From an uncultured bacterium (GTDB lineage: Bacteria > Oederibacteriota > JAAXVQ01 > JAUVAV01), in NCBI GenBank assembly GCA_964630235.1, contig CAZVUO010000001.1, forward strand, positions 127,419-191,418: DNA of 64,000 nt. Direction: 5' to 3'. A model generated the notes under the pieces. The model worked only from the letters and a program-made list of their open reading frames with translations, made no database searches and was not told the origin of the DNA. Shown here in pieces: positions 22,242 to 32,668 of the stretch. A program made the position numbers and the translations under genes. Each line of letters begins with the position of its first letter. Within the stretch, counting starts at the first letter, position 1.

Positions 22242-23084
22242 TCAATTTTGCTTCTTCAGGGCATGGGCCAGGGCGTAGATCTCGGCGCGCGGAACCCCCA
22301 GCCTGCGGGCCACCCGGGAGACCGCCTGGTTCAAGGTCAACCCGCCGGCTTGAAGCCGGGTAAGCTGCTCCTCAATGCCGACCGCCTCGGCCGGAGCTGT
22401 TCCAGGGGCGCCGGCCACAACCAGGGTATATTCACCCAGGGTCTTCCGCTGCGCCAGCGCCAGCAGTTCAGACAACGGCCGGCGCTCGAATTCCTCGAAT
22501 TTTTTGGTCATTTCCCGGCACAGGGCCGCCTGCCGGTCGCCGAAAACCTCCAGCAGGCGCTCCAGGGTCTCGGCCAGGCGGTGCGGGGAGAGGAAGAAAA
22601 CCAGGGTTTCGGGCCGGTCCTTCAGGCCGGCGAACCACTGTTTTTGGGCGCCTGCCTTGGCCGGCGGATATCCGTGAAAAGCGAACGCATCCAGGGGCAG
22701 GCCCGAACCCAGCAGGGCTGTCAACAGCGCCGAGGGGCCGGGCACCACCTCGACCGGCAGCCCGGCGCGCAGCGCCGCGCTGAGCAGCAGGTAGCCGGGA
22801 TCGGAAACACCGGGCGTGCCGGCGTCGGTCACCAGGGCCAGGGTCCGGCCTTCGGCCAGCTGCCGCAGCAGGGCAGGCGTGCGCTGGTGTTCGTTATCCT
22901 TATGGTAGCTTTCCAAGGGCCGCTGGAGGTGATAGTGGTCGAGCAGGATGCGGGTGCGCCGGGTGTCCTCGGCCAGTATGAGATCCGCGGTCTTGAGCCG
23001 GGAGAGAGCCCGTAGCGTGATGTCTTCCAGGTTCCCGATGGGGGTGGCGATCAGGCTCAGCGTCCCCGGCGCGGCGGGGCTCAT
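22242..23084 (-). CDS. rsmI: 16S rRNA (cytidine1402-2'-O)-methyltransferase
   Basis: LSLIATPIGNLEDITLRALSRLKTADLILAEDTRRTRILLDHY... tetrapyrrole-methylase fold. Confidence 0.88.
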   Translation of the reverse strand: MSPAAPGTLSLIATPIGNLEDITLRALSRLKTADLILAEDTRRTRILLDHYHLQRPLESYHKDNEHQRTPALLRQLAEGRTLALVTDAGTPGVSDPGYLLLSAALRAGLPVEVVPGPSALLTALLGSGLPLDAFAFHGYPPAKAGAQKQWFAGLKDRPETLVFFLSPHRLAETLERLLEVFGDRQAALCREMTKKFEEFERRPLSELLALAQRKTLGEYTLVVAGAPGTAPAEAVGIEEQLTRLQAGGLTLNQAVSRVARRLGVPRAEIYALAHALKKQN

Positions 23085-23554
23085 GGCGAGGGATTCTGCC
23101 GCTGCAACTGCCGTCGGGTCGCGCCCAGCAGGGCTTCCATTTTATCCAGCTCGCCGGGTTGCAGGGCGGCGCCGGCCGCCATTTCCTTGACGACCTGCAC
23201 GAAGAACAGCAAATGACCGCCGCTCTGCCGGTCGAGCTGTTTTTGGCCCTGCGCCAGCTCCTCGACGCCGGATAAAATCCGCCGCAGCCGTTCGGTCTCC
23301 GCCAGGGTGAACTTGCCCTGATTGGCGTCCAGGGTGCGTTGGGCCTCCTGCACATTGGCCCGCAGGCTGATGGCGATAAACCGGGTCTGGTTGGCGCGGA
23401 TGTATATCACGATCACCGCACCCAGCACGCCCACGATCGCCACCACGGCGATCAGCCAGCCCCAGTGCGTGCCCTGGGCGCGCGCGGGAGCGGACGGGAC
23501 CTGGCCCCGCGAGGCTTCCCGCTGCAACTGGCGCATGCGCTGTCTCCGTCCCAT
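23081..23554 (-). CDS. hypothetical single-pass membrane protein with Arg-rich N-terminus
   Basis: MGRRQRMRQLQREASRG...WGWLIAVVAIVGVLGAVIVIYI TM...coiled-coil-like C-terminus. Overlaps the rsmI start by 4 bp. Confidence 0.45.
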   Translation of the reverse strand: MGRRQRMRQLQREASRGQVPSAPARAQGTHWGWLIAVVAIVGVLGAVIVIYIRANQTRFIAISLRANVQEAQRTLDANQGKFTLAETERLRRILSGVEELAQGQKQLDRQSGGHLLFFVQVVKEMAAGAALQPGELDKMEALLGATRRQLQRQNPSP

Positions 23555-23706
23555 GGCTGTTCCCTCACCCGCTCTCTCCCCGCTTTCGCGGGACGAATGA
23601 TCTCGCCTTCGCAGGCTGATGATGATGGTCGCGCGCGCGGCGTTGAATACCCCTTCAAGGGGCAACAGGGTGCCGGAGGAGTATAGTGGGATTTTTCAGC
23701 AGCCTG

Positions 23707-24897
23707 TCAGAATGATCCGCCGCGCGGCACGTACGCGCGCTGCACGTCCGCGACCGGCGCCGTCCGTCTCAACCCGGCGGACTCACGGATGCGGTGGTAA
23801 ACCCAGCGGAGCTTATCCGCGTGCACGCCCAGTCTCTGGAGGTGGGCGAGCGACAGGCGCGCGTCAATCACCTGGTAGAGATAATAATCGATCTCCTTCC
23901 AGGCTTTGATCGGCGGCCGGCCACCTCCCGGGTGTGCGGCGTAATCCAGCACCACCCGGGGCACGTTCAGGGCCCGCGCCAACTCCAGCACCTGGCTTTG
24001 ATAGAGATCTCCCAGCAGGTTGAAATCGCAGGACAGTTCGGCGTGCCGGCCCAGCTGACCCACCCAGCATTTGGTTTTGTTCACGCTGCCCGCGACCAGG
24101 CCGCCCAACCGCCCGGCCTGATGGTAGAAATACGCCGCGCGCAGGCGGGCGGCGCGCGCCTGGCGTTCCGGGGGCGGAAGCTGCACCCAGCCGGGAACAC
24201 CCGCCTGCAAAACCGGCCTTAAATCGTATATGTCCAGGGGACATTTCAAGAACCGCGCCACCAATCCCGCCCGGCCCCGGTCCTGGTTGGACCGCTCCCC
24301 TTCCGTGCAAAAAATCATGTGGACCCGTTCCCGGCCCAGGCTCTCCACCAGCAGGTTCGCGGCCACGGCCGAATCCAGGCCTCCGGACAATCCCAGGATA
24401 ACGTTCCGGACCCCGGCGCGTTCCACCTGCTCCTGGATGAATTGCAACAGGGTTTGCCGCGCCTGGCCGCTGTCCAGCCCCGGAAATTTCAGGGTTTTGA
24501 TTTCGCCGGCCGGCTTGGCGGCTTCGAACCACGAAGGAACGTCGAGCTGCTGTGGCTTCGGAGGCTCCGGCAGCTGCGCGGGTTTCTCTGGTTCCGAAGG
24601 TTCCGGAGCGAATGACGCGGATTCAGGCTCGGCGGAGATCGTTTCCGCGGGCATCTCGGCACTCTTATCCAAAGCGGTTTCCGCGACAGGCGCCTCGGCC
24701 AGCGGAGGCGTTTGCTCCGCGGCCGTCTGTTCCGCTAAACCAGCCGGCTGCCCGGAGGCTTCCGGCGCCAGGGGGGGAGGGATGTTCCCTCCCCGGCGGC
24801 GGCGTCCCCGGCCGCCGCGTCGGCGCCGGCGCCGCGGACGTTGCGGTTTATCCGGCAGTGCGGGTGTTTCCGTTCCCGTGACAGGTGTCTCGTCCAT
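23707..24897 (-). CDS. nadE: NH3-dependent NAD+ synthetase with ~130-aa low-complexity N-terminal extension
   Basis: C-terminal 260 aa: ...VILGLSGGLDSAVAANL... (PP-loop SGGxDS). N-terminal MDETPVTG...PRRRRRRGGRGRRRRGG... then P/E/A-rich. GAGGAG lies 4 nt upstream of the ATG at 24897. Confidence 0.8.
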   Translation of the reverse strand: MDETPVTGTETPALPDKPQRPRRRRRRGGRGRRRRGGNIPPPLAPEASGQPAGLAEQTAAEQTPPLAEAPVAETALDKSAEMPAETISAEPESASFAPEPSEPEKPAQLPEPPKPQQLDVPSWFEAAKPAGEIKTLKFPGLDSGQARQTLLQFIQEQVERAGVRNVILGLSGGLDSAVAANLLVESLGRERVHMIFCTEGERSNQDRGRAGLVARFLKCPLDIYDLRPVLQAGVPGWVQLPPPERQARAARLRAAYFYHQAGRLGGLVAGSVNKTKCWVGQLGRHAELSCDFNLLGDLYQSQVLELARALNVPRVVLDYAAHPGGGRPPIKAWKEIDYYLYQVIDARLSLAHLQRLGVHADKLRWVYHRIRESAGLRRTAPVADVQRAYVPRGGSF

Positions 24898-25066
24898 ACG
24901 CTCCTCGGGAATTTGAGCGGCGTATCGCTCAAATTCCGGAGCAATTGAGCAAATAGATCAATTGAGCAGGTGCATGCTCAATTGCGACCAGAGGAAGCCC
25001 CTATGGGCCATTCCGGTCGGGGCGGTCAATTGCTCAATGTGCTCGTTTTGCTCAGATTTAACTCCA

Positions 25067-25954
25067 TTAGTATCCCAGCGCGGCGAGGGTGTCCAGGTTT
25101 TTTCTGGCGGTTTCGGCGGCGGCGTCTGTTTTCGGGATTTTTTCCCACTCCAGCCGAGCCTTCAAATACCGTCCCTGCTGAAAAAACACGGTTCCCCACC
25201 CTAAATGGGCCGCGGCCAAAGCCGGGTCAATCGCCGCGGCCTGTTCGAAAGCCGACAGGGCGTCCTCAATGCGGTTCAGCTTCAAGTAAACGTTCCCCAG
25301 GTTGTTGTACGCCGTGGCGCTCTGGGGATTGAGCCGCAGCGTTTGCTGAAATTCGTTCAGGGCTTCGGTGTATTTCCCCTGCCGGTAATAAACCTGCCCC
25401 AGCGCCTGGCGGGCTTCGGTGTCCTGCGGCCGGTTCTGCGTCAACTGCTGATACTGGGCGGCCGCTTTGTCGTCTTCGCCCCGTTCGGAATACAGTTTCG
25501 CCAGTTGGGTGGCGGCTCCGGGGTGCTGCGGATTGAGCTTTAGCGCCTTCTGCCAGGCTTCATAGGCATCGGTAACTTTGCCCTCGGCCTGGTAAGTCTG
25601 GCCGCTGCGGAAGTACGCGTCCGCCAGGCGCGCGGCGACTTCCGGCTCCTGGCCTGCCGTCTGGAAGGCCTTGTCCAGGGCCTGCGCGGTCTCGGCCGTC
25701 ATGCCCTTGCGTTCCAGCGCGCCGGCCAGGCCCAGATAGATTGCGGCCCGCTGAGGCTGTTCCTCGGCCGCCTGGTAATAGGCCGCGATGGCTTCATCCC
25801 AGCGGGCCTCCGCTTCCAAAGCCTGCGCATGCCGGTAGTGGCTGCCCACCGTGGCGCATCCCGCCCACAGAGCGGGCGCGGCCAGGAGGGCCAAGACCCA
25901 GCATCCGCGGCTGAAAAATCCGGAGCAGGAGGAAAACACAGGCAAGCAGGCCAT
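25067..25954 (-). CDS. TPR-repeat lipoprotein
   Basis: Signal plus Cys (MACLPVFSSCSG), then ~8 TPR repeats (AIAAYYQAAEE..., ALGQVYYRQGKYTEA...). Confidence 0.7.
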   Translation of the reverse strand: MACLPVFSSCSGFFSRGCWVLALLAAPALWAGCATVGSHYRHAQALEAEARWDEAIAAYYQAAEEQPQRAAIYLGLAGALERKGMTAETAQALDKAFQTAGQEPEVAARLADAYFRSGQTYQAEGKVTDAYEAWQKALKLNPQHPGAATQLAKLYSERGEDDKAAAQYQQLTQNRPQDTEARQALGQVYYRQGKYTEALNEFQQTLRLNPQSATAYNNLGNVYLKLNRIEDALSAFEQAAAIDPALAAAHLGWGTVFFQQGRYLKARLEWEKIPKTDAAAETARKNLDTLAALGY

Positions 25955-25989
25955 CGTGGCTTTTACCGTAGCAAATCCCCACACCCTTG

Positions 25990-26952
25990 TCAAGCCAGCG
26001 CCAGGAGCGACGCGAACCAGGCGCGCAGGGCGTCCTCGCTTTCGCACTGATTGAGGCGGCGCCTGGATTCGGCGTGATGCGGCAGCCCCCGCAAATACCA
26101 GGAACCGTGTTTGCGCATCTCCAGCCGGGCGGTCCGCTCACCCTTGAGCGCCTTGAGCCCCTGGTAGTGTTCTTCCATGAGCCGGACGCGTTCGGGCAGA
26201 CCGGGTTCAGGCAGGGTCTCGCCCGTGGCGAGATAGTGCTGGACGTGCTGGAAAACCCAGGGCCGGCCGAGCGCGCCCCGTCCGATCATGACCGCCGCGC
26301 ATCCGGTTTCGTCCAGCAGGCGCCGCGCGTCCGCGCCGGTGGCCACGTCGCCGTTGCCGATGACCGGCAGGCGCACGCTTTTCACCACGCGGGCGATGAT
26401 CTCCCACTGCGCCCGTCCCGCGAACTGCTGGCTGCGGGTGCGGGCGTGCACGGTCAGCGCGGCCGCGCCGGCCGCCTCGGCTCGCCGCGCGATGTCCTCG
26501 GCGTTCACGCCTTGCTCGTCCCATCCCGCGCGGATTTTCACGGTAACCGGGCGGGGGCAGCGCCGGCTGCAAGCGGCCACGATCGCTTCCAGGCGGTCAG
26601 GCTCGCGCAGCAAGGCGGCCCCGCCGCCGTGGCGGACCACTTTGGGCACCGGGCAGCCGAAGTTTAAATCCACCACATCCGCGCCCGCCTCGGCCAGGCG
26701 CAGGCTCGCCTCGGCCATGACCTCCGGGTCCGCGCCGAACAACTGGAACGACACCGGCTTCTCCCGGGGATCGGTCGCCAGCATTTTCACGGTTTGCGGC
26801 TGGCGCCGCACGAGGCCGTGGCAGCTCATCATTTCCGTGCAGACCAGCGCCGCCCCGAAGCGCCGGCACAGCAGCCGAAACGGCAGGTTGCCGATGCCGG
26901 CCAGCGGCGCCAGCACGGCCTGTCCCGCAAGTTCAACGTCGCCGATGCGCAC
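25990..26952 (-). CDS. dusB: tRNA-dihydrouridine synthase
   Basis: LAPLAGIGNLPFRLLCRRFGAALVCTEMMS... TIM-barrel Dus family. Confidence 0.88.
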   Translation of the reverse strand: MRIGDVELAGQAVLAPLAGIGNLPFRLLCRRFGAALVCTEMMSCHGLVRRQPQTVKMLATDPREKPVSFQLFGADPEVMAEASLRLAEAGADVVDLNFGCPVPKVVRHGGGAALLREPDRLEAIVAACSRRCPRPVTVKIRAGWDEQGVNAEDIARRAEAAGAAALTVHARTRSQQFAGRAQWEIIARVVKSVRLPVIGNGDVATGADARRLLDETGCAAVMIGRGALGRPWVFQHVQHYLATGETLPEPGLPERVRLMEEHYQGLKALKGERTARLEMRKHGSWYLRGLPHHAESRRRLNQCESEDALRAWFASLLALA

Positions 26953-26955
26953 GGC

Positions 26956-27978
26956 TTAAACCCCTGCAGAATCCAGTTCCAGATACGGCACGGCCGGAAG
27001 GTCCCAGGGGGAGCGCTCGCCGGCCGCCAGGCGGCGCGCGCCCGCGGCCGCGATCATGGCCGCATTGTCCGTGCACCATTCCCGCGGAGGGCAGAAAAAC
27101 GCGATGCCCCGTTCCGCGGCCGCGGCGCTGAACGCCTCCCGCAGCGGACGGTTGGCCGCCACCCCGCCGGTCAGGACCAGCGCGCGCACGCCGCTGGTTT
27201 CGACCGCGGCCAGGGTTTTCTGCAGCAGATCCGCGATGACCGTGGCCTGAAAGGCTCCGGCCACGGCCGCGGCCGGCACGTCCGGCTGGCGCGACCGCAG
27301 TACGCGGACCGCGGTTTTCAAGCCGGAATAGGAAAAATCCGCCGAGCCATCTTTCATTTTGGGCAGGGTGAACCGGGGCAGCGCGGGAGAAGTGCTTCCG
27401 GCCGCGGCTTTTTCGATCGCGGGCCCGCCGGGATAGGCCAGGCCGATCAGCTTGGCGACTTTGTCGAACGCCTCGCCGACCGCGTCATCCCGCGTGCGCG
27501 CCAGCAGCCGGTAGGCGGGCGTTTCGTGGCGACTGACCAAGAAGAGGCTGGTGTGCCCGCCGGAAGCGACCAGGCCCACGTACGGATCGGGTAGAAGTGG
27601 CTGGTTGAGTTCCGCCGCCACCAAGTGCCCTTCCAGATGGTTCACGCCGATGAACGGCAGCCGCCTGGCAAAGGCCGCTGCCTTGGCCCAGGCCAATCCC
27701 ACCAGCAGGGCGCCCATCAGCCCCGGCCCGTAGGTCGCGGCCACACCGTTCACATCCTCCCAGCCGGCGCCCGCGCGCCGCAGGGCCGCGTCCACCACGG
27801 CGGGCAGGCTGAGCAGGTGCTGGCGCGAGGCGAGCTCCGGCACCACGCCGCCGAAGGGGGCGTGCAGGTCCAGCTGCGAGGCCACGACCGAGGACCGAAC
27901 CTGGCGCCCAGCCTGGTCGTCGGTCACCAGGGCGGCCGCGGTTTCATCACAGGAGGTCTCAATGCCTAGCACGAGCAT
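26956..27978 (-). CDS. tsaD: tRNA N6-adenosine threonylcarbamoyltransferase
   Basis: MLVLGIETSCDETAAALV... HxxH metal site; Kae1/Gcp family. Confidence 0.92.
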   Translation of the reverse strand: MLVLGIETSCDETAAALVTDDQAGRQVRSSVVASQLDLHAPFGGVVPELASRQHLLSLPAVVDAALRRAGAGWEDVNGVAATYGPGLMGALLVGLAWAKAAAFARRLPFIGVNHLEGHLVAAELNQPLLPDPYVGLVASGGHTSLFLVSRHETPAYRLLARTRDDAVGEAFDKVAKLIGLAYPGGPAIEKAAAGSTSPALPRFTLPKMKDGSADFSYSGLKTAVRVLRSRQPDVPAAAVAGAFQATVIADLLQKTLAAVETSGVRALVLTGGVAANRPLREAFSAAAAERGIAFFCPPREWCTDNAAMIAAAGARRLAAGERSPWDLPAVPYLELDSAGV

Positions 27979-28181
27979 AAGCGTTTCCTCTTAAGAGGGG
28001 TTTGGATCACGGAAATGGAAAGTTCAGAGGCAGGCAGGTTCGCAAACCAAACCACACATCTGCATAGTCTCTCCCCCTCCCTCGAGGGGAGGGGGCCAAG
28101 GGGAGGGGCTCCATGGATCGGAATGTCCGCATGCTCACCGCTGATCGGCTACTCGGCCGGCGATCGGCCAGCGAGACCTTC

Positions 28182-29729
28182 TCAGCGCGACATCTGCAGG
28201 ATCTTGATGGCGTCCTTGGCCCGCTGTACCTGCGGGTCAATCTCGAGCTTCAACCGGCGGGCGGCTTTGACCCCCTCCAGCTTCTCGGCGATTTCCTGGC
28301 GGATCTCGCCCAGAATGAATCGCAGGTCCTCATTCCACTGGATCAGGTTGATCTCGACGTTCTGGTCCTTCAGCCATTGCTGGAACGCCTCGGCCAGCAA
28401 TTCATCCTTGGTCTTGGGTTTGAGCTTGCTCCAGGATTTTTCCGACACTTTGACGGTCTCGTTGTTGACCTGCGCTTCCTCGCCCTTGGGATGGCGTTTC
28501 AGGTAGAACAGCGCGAACTCCTTGAAATAATTGCCGCCGCGCATCTTCAGCATGAACTCGTTGGGTTCGAAGGAGTCCACGGCCAGATCCGGCGTGATGC
28601 CGTTGCCATGAATCAGCTGCCCCTTGGGCGTGAGATACCGCGCCGTGGTGATGCGCAGGGCCGAGCCGTCGCCCAGGGGGATGATGGTCTGGACCGAGCC
28701 CTTGCCGAAGGTTTTCTGCCCCACGATCACGCCCAGGTTCCAGTCCTGGACCGCGCCCGCCACGATCTCGGAGGCCGAGGCTGAACCGGCGTTGACCAAT
28801 AGCGCGAGCGGCACGGTTTTCATGGGCCTCAGCGCCGAGGAGAAAAAGCGGATGTTTTGCGCCTTGTGGCGCCCCTCGGTGTAAACGATCAGCTTGCCCT
28901 GGGGCACGAAGTACTCGGCGATCTCCGCGGCCATATTCAGGAGCCCGCCGGGATTGTTGCGCAAGTCCACCACCAGGCCCTTGATGTTCTGGGACTCCAA
29001 GGCCCGCAGGGCCTGGTTAAAGTCCTCGCCCGTGCGTTCCATGAATTCGGTGACGCGGATGTAGCCGATGCCGTCCGAGAGCAGTTCGTGCCGCACGGAC
29101 TGGATCTTGATGATGTCGCGGATCAGCGGCACGTCGAACCAGTCCTGGGCGCCCCGGCGCCGGATGGTGATCACGCACTTGGTGCCCTTGAGTCCGCGCA
29201 TCTTATGCACCGCGTCCAGGATGGTGATCCCTTCCGTGCTCTCGCCGTCGATCTTCATGATCTCGTCGCCCGGCTGGATGCCGGCGCGCTCGGCCGGCGT
29301 GCCGTCGATCGGCGAAATGATGGTCAGCTGGTTGTTGCGAATGGAAATTTCGATCCCCAGGCCGCCGAAACTGCCCCGGGTGTCCTCGCGCATGTCCTTG
29401 TAGCTCTGGGGGTCCATGAACTGGCTGTAGGGATCCAGTTCGCCCACCATGCCCTTGATGGCGCCGTAGACGAGGTCCTTCTGGTCAATCTTCTCCACGT
29501 CCACGTAGTTGTTCTTGATGAGCGCCATGGATTGGATCAGGGGCCGCAGGCTCTCGTAGCTGTCCTCGGTCAGGCTGACGTCGTCGCCCGAAGAGCGCGA
29601 GGCGCCCGAGAGCCAGCCCCCGAAAAAGCCCATCAGGGTGATGAACAGCACCAGGGTTGTGGTCCAGATGGCTTTCTTTAAGTTGAACATCCGATGATAC
29701 CCTCCTCGGCGGCTCAGCGTTCCAGCCAT
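28182..29729 (-). CDS. ctpA: carboxyl-terminal processing (S41, tail-specific) protease with PDZ domain
   Basis: N-terminal TM, PDZ (GIEISIRNNQLTIISPIDGTPAERAGIQPGD), S41 catalytic region (...GSASASEIVAGAV...TFGKGSVQ). Confidence 0.88.
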   Translation of the reverse strand: MAGTLSRRGGYHRMFNLKKAIWTTTLVLFITLMGFFGGWLSGASRSSGDDVSLTEDSYESLRPLIQSMALIKNNYVDVEKIDQKDLVYGAIKGMVGELDPYSQFMDPQSYKDMREDTRGSFGGLGIEISIRNNQLTIISPIDGTPAERAGIQPGDEIMKIDGESTEGITILDAVHKMRGLKGTKCVITIRRRGAQDWFDVPLIRDIIKIQSVRHELLSDGIGYIRVTEFMERTGEDFNQALRALESQNIKGLVVDLRNNPGGLLNMAAEIAEYFVPQGKLIVYTEGRHKAQNIRFFSSALRPMKTVPLALLVNAGSASASEIVAGAVQDWNLGVIVGQKTFGKGSVQTIIPLGDGSALRITTARYLTPKGQLIHGNGITPDLAVDSFEPNEFMLKMRGGNYFKEFALFYLKRHPKGEEAQVNNETVKVSEKSWSKLKPKTKDELLAEAFQQWLKDQNVEINLIQWNEDLRFILGEIRQEIAEKLEGVKAARRLKLEIDPQVQRAKDAIKILQMSR

Positions 29730-30916
29730 CCCAGTGGATCCAGCGCTTCGCCCTGCCGGCGGACTTCAAAGTACAGCGCCGGCCCTTTCCAGGTGCCGGA
29801 ATCGCCCAATTCGCCGATCAGCTGGCCGGATTGCACCGCTTGGCCTTCGGAAACCAGTATTTTCTGCAGGTGGGCATAGACGCTGTTGTAGCCGGCGCCG
29901 TGATCCAAAATCACCATGCGACCGTAGCCTTCAAACCACTCGGCGAACAACACTTCGCCCTGGGCCACGGACGTGACATTTTGACCCATCGTTCCGGCGA
30001 TGTCAATTCCTTTGTGTAATATATAGGTATTAAAGCGGGGATGCTTGGTCCGGCCGAAGCGCGTCACGACCCGGCCGCGGGTCGGCCAGGGCAGGGCGCC
30101 GCGCTGCTGGGCGAAGTGGCGTCCGGCCTGGGCCAGCCGGCGGGACAGCCGCCGCGTGCGCTGTTCAAGCTCGGTAATGAGCCGGGTCAGGCGCTGGGAA
30201 GCCTGGTTGAGCTCGCGCAGGGCCTGCTCCTGCTCGGACCGCTCCTGGCGGACGCGGCGCAGGATTTTCTCCCGGCTCGTCTGGTGGGCTTTGATTTTAT
30301 TCACCGAGTGCCGGGCGGACGTCTCCAGCTCCGCGGCCTGAACCTCGCGCCAGCCGAGCTCGGCGTGCTGAGCCTGCATCTGGGCCCGGCGCGCGAGCAG
30401 CTGCCGGATCAGGTCGCCGTTCTGGGCGGCCAGCACATGGAAACACTTCACCCGGGTCAGCCCCTGGCTGAGCGACGGGGCCGTCACCAGCGTCCGCCAA
30501 AAACCCGCTTGCCGTTCACGGTACAGGAGGCGCAGGCGCACGGCCAGGAGCTCCCTGAGCCGGGCCCCTTCCGCTTCGTTTTGCTTGAGGCGAAATTGCA
30601 GGTTGGCGATGGCGGTCCGGACCAACCGGAGGTTTTCCCGCTGTTCGGCGTGCTGGGCTTCCGCTTCCTCGATCTTCTGGCCGACCTGCTGGATCTCCCG
30701 CAAAATCGAACGTTCCTGCTTCCGCTGTTGCTGTACGTTCTGTTCGGTCCGGCGGATCTGTTCGCGCATTTCCTTCAGACCCTGCCGCTCCTGCCGCAGA
30801 TCCTGCCGCACCCGGTTGAGCTGTTCCTGCAGGTCCTGCGGGGTCGCGGCCGCGGCGGCCGAGGGACTCAACGCGGCCAGGCAGAGCAAAACCCCCCTGA
30901 GCCGGCTGCCTTTCAT
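29714..30916 (-). CDS. EnvC-like coiled-coil M23 peptidase (murein hydrolase activator)
   Basis: Signal peptide, ~250-aa coiled coil, C-terminal M23 domain (HKGIDIAG...GYGRMVILDHG...). Sits directly downstream of ftsX, as envC does. Confidence 0.8.
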   Translation of the reverse strand: MKGSRLRGVLLCLAALSPSAAAAATPQDLQEQLNRVRQDLRQERQGLKEMREQIRRTEQNVQQQRKQERSILREIQQVGQKIEEAEAQHAEQRENLRLVRTAIANLQFRLKQNEAEGARLRELLAVRLRLLYRERQAGFWRTLVTAPSLSQGLTRVKCFHVLAAQNGDLIRQLLARRAQMQAQHAELGWREVQAAELETSARHSVNKIKAHQTSREKILRRVRQERSEQEQALRELNQASQRLTRLITELEQRTRRLSRRLAQAGRHFAQQRGALPWPTRGRVVTRFGRTKHPRFNTYILHKGIDIAGTMGQNVTSVAQGEVLFAEWFEGYGRMVILDHGAGYNSVYAHLQKILVSEGQAVQSGQLIGELGDSGTWKGPALYFEVRRQGEALDPLGWLER

Positions 30917-31792
30917 TCGGTCAGCTCCCGGCTAATGGACACGAGGCTCCCTACCAGGCCCAGCAGAGCCCCGGTGCCCATGAGCGCGGCCCAGCCCGCG
31001 AGCGTTTGGGAGGCAATATCCGCCGGCAGCAGCGCCTCCAGGTCAAGGCCCAGTTCGCGCCGGGCAAAGAACGCCAGCAGGGCCCACAGCCCCCAGAGCA
31101 GGCCGCCGGCCACCGCCCCGCCCAAAATGCCCTGAATGCCTCCCCAGATCAGGAGCGGTCCGCGGACGAAGGCATCGGTGGCGCCGATCAGGCGCATGAG
31201 GCTGATTTCCTCGCGGCGGGTGAACACCATCAAACTGATAATATTCCCGATGACGATGACCGAGGCCAGCACCAGCGCGAGGGTCAAAACCAGCACGGCC
31301 AGGCGCACGAACTGCAGGGCGCGGAGAAAGCGCTCCGCGTCGCCGCCGCCGTAGCTGACCTCGGCGACATCCGGAAACTGCTTGAGCCAGGCGGCAAAGC
31401 GGGAGACGTTTTCCGGGGTTTTGTCCCACAGGTCAATGCGGATCGAGGCCGGCAGGGGGTTCTCGCCCAAAACGGCCAGCAGGTCCTTGAGCGTGGGATC
31501 ATCGCTGAAGCTCTCGAGGGCTTCGTCGCGGGTCTGGTGGACCACGCCCGCCACCTGGGGGTAATCCTTGATCTTGGTGATGAAAGCCTCCACCTGTTTG
31601 GCGTCGGCGCCGTCGCGGAGAAAGAGAACCACCTCGATCTTATCCTGGAAAAACCGGGTCAGCTGGAAAATGCCCAGGTTGAGGACCAGCACCAGTCCCA
31701 GGGCCATGAGGGACATGCTCATGGCGCCCAGAGAGATAAGGTTCAGGCGCTTGGAGCGCCAGAGGCTGCGCACGGCCTCCTGGAGGATGAAG

Positions 31793-31803
<11 letters not shown>
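30913..31803 (-). CDS. ftsX: cell division ABC transporter permease FtsX
   Basis: 4-TM FtsX topology with a large periplasmic loop; translationally coupled to ftsE. Confidence 0.85.
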
Positions 31804-32470
<667 letters not shown>

Positions 32471-32668
32471 GGCTTTGATTATAAATCCCTTACCCCTCCG
32501 GGTCAATGTTACCAAACACCCGGTAACCGGCTAAACCACGTTTAACCTACGAACCGCCGAAAGGAGAAAGTGGAAAGGAGACCGCATTTGAGCTTCCGAT
32601 CTACTTTCCCCTCTCTACTGTTCAAATGCTCTGTAACCGCTCGGCTCAACCTGTCTGCGGCTGAGCGG

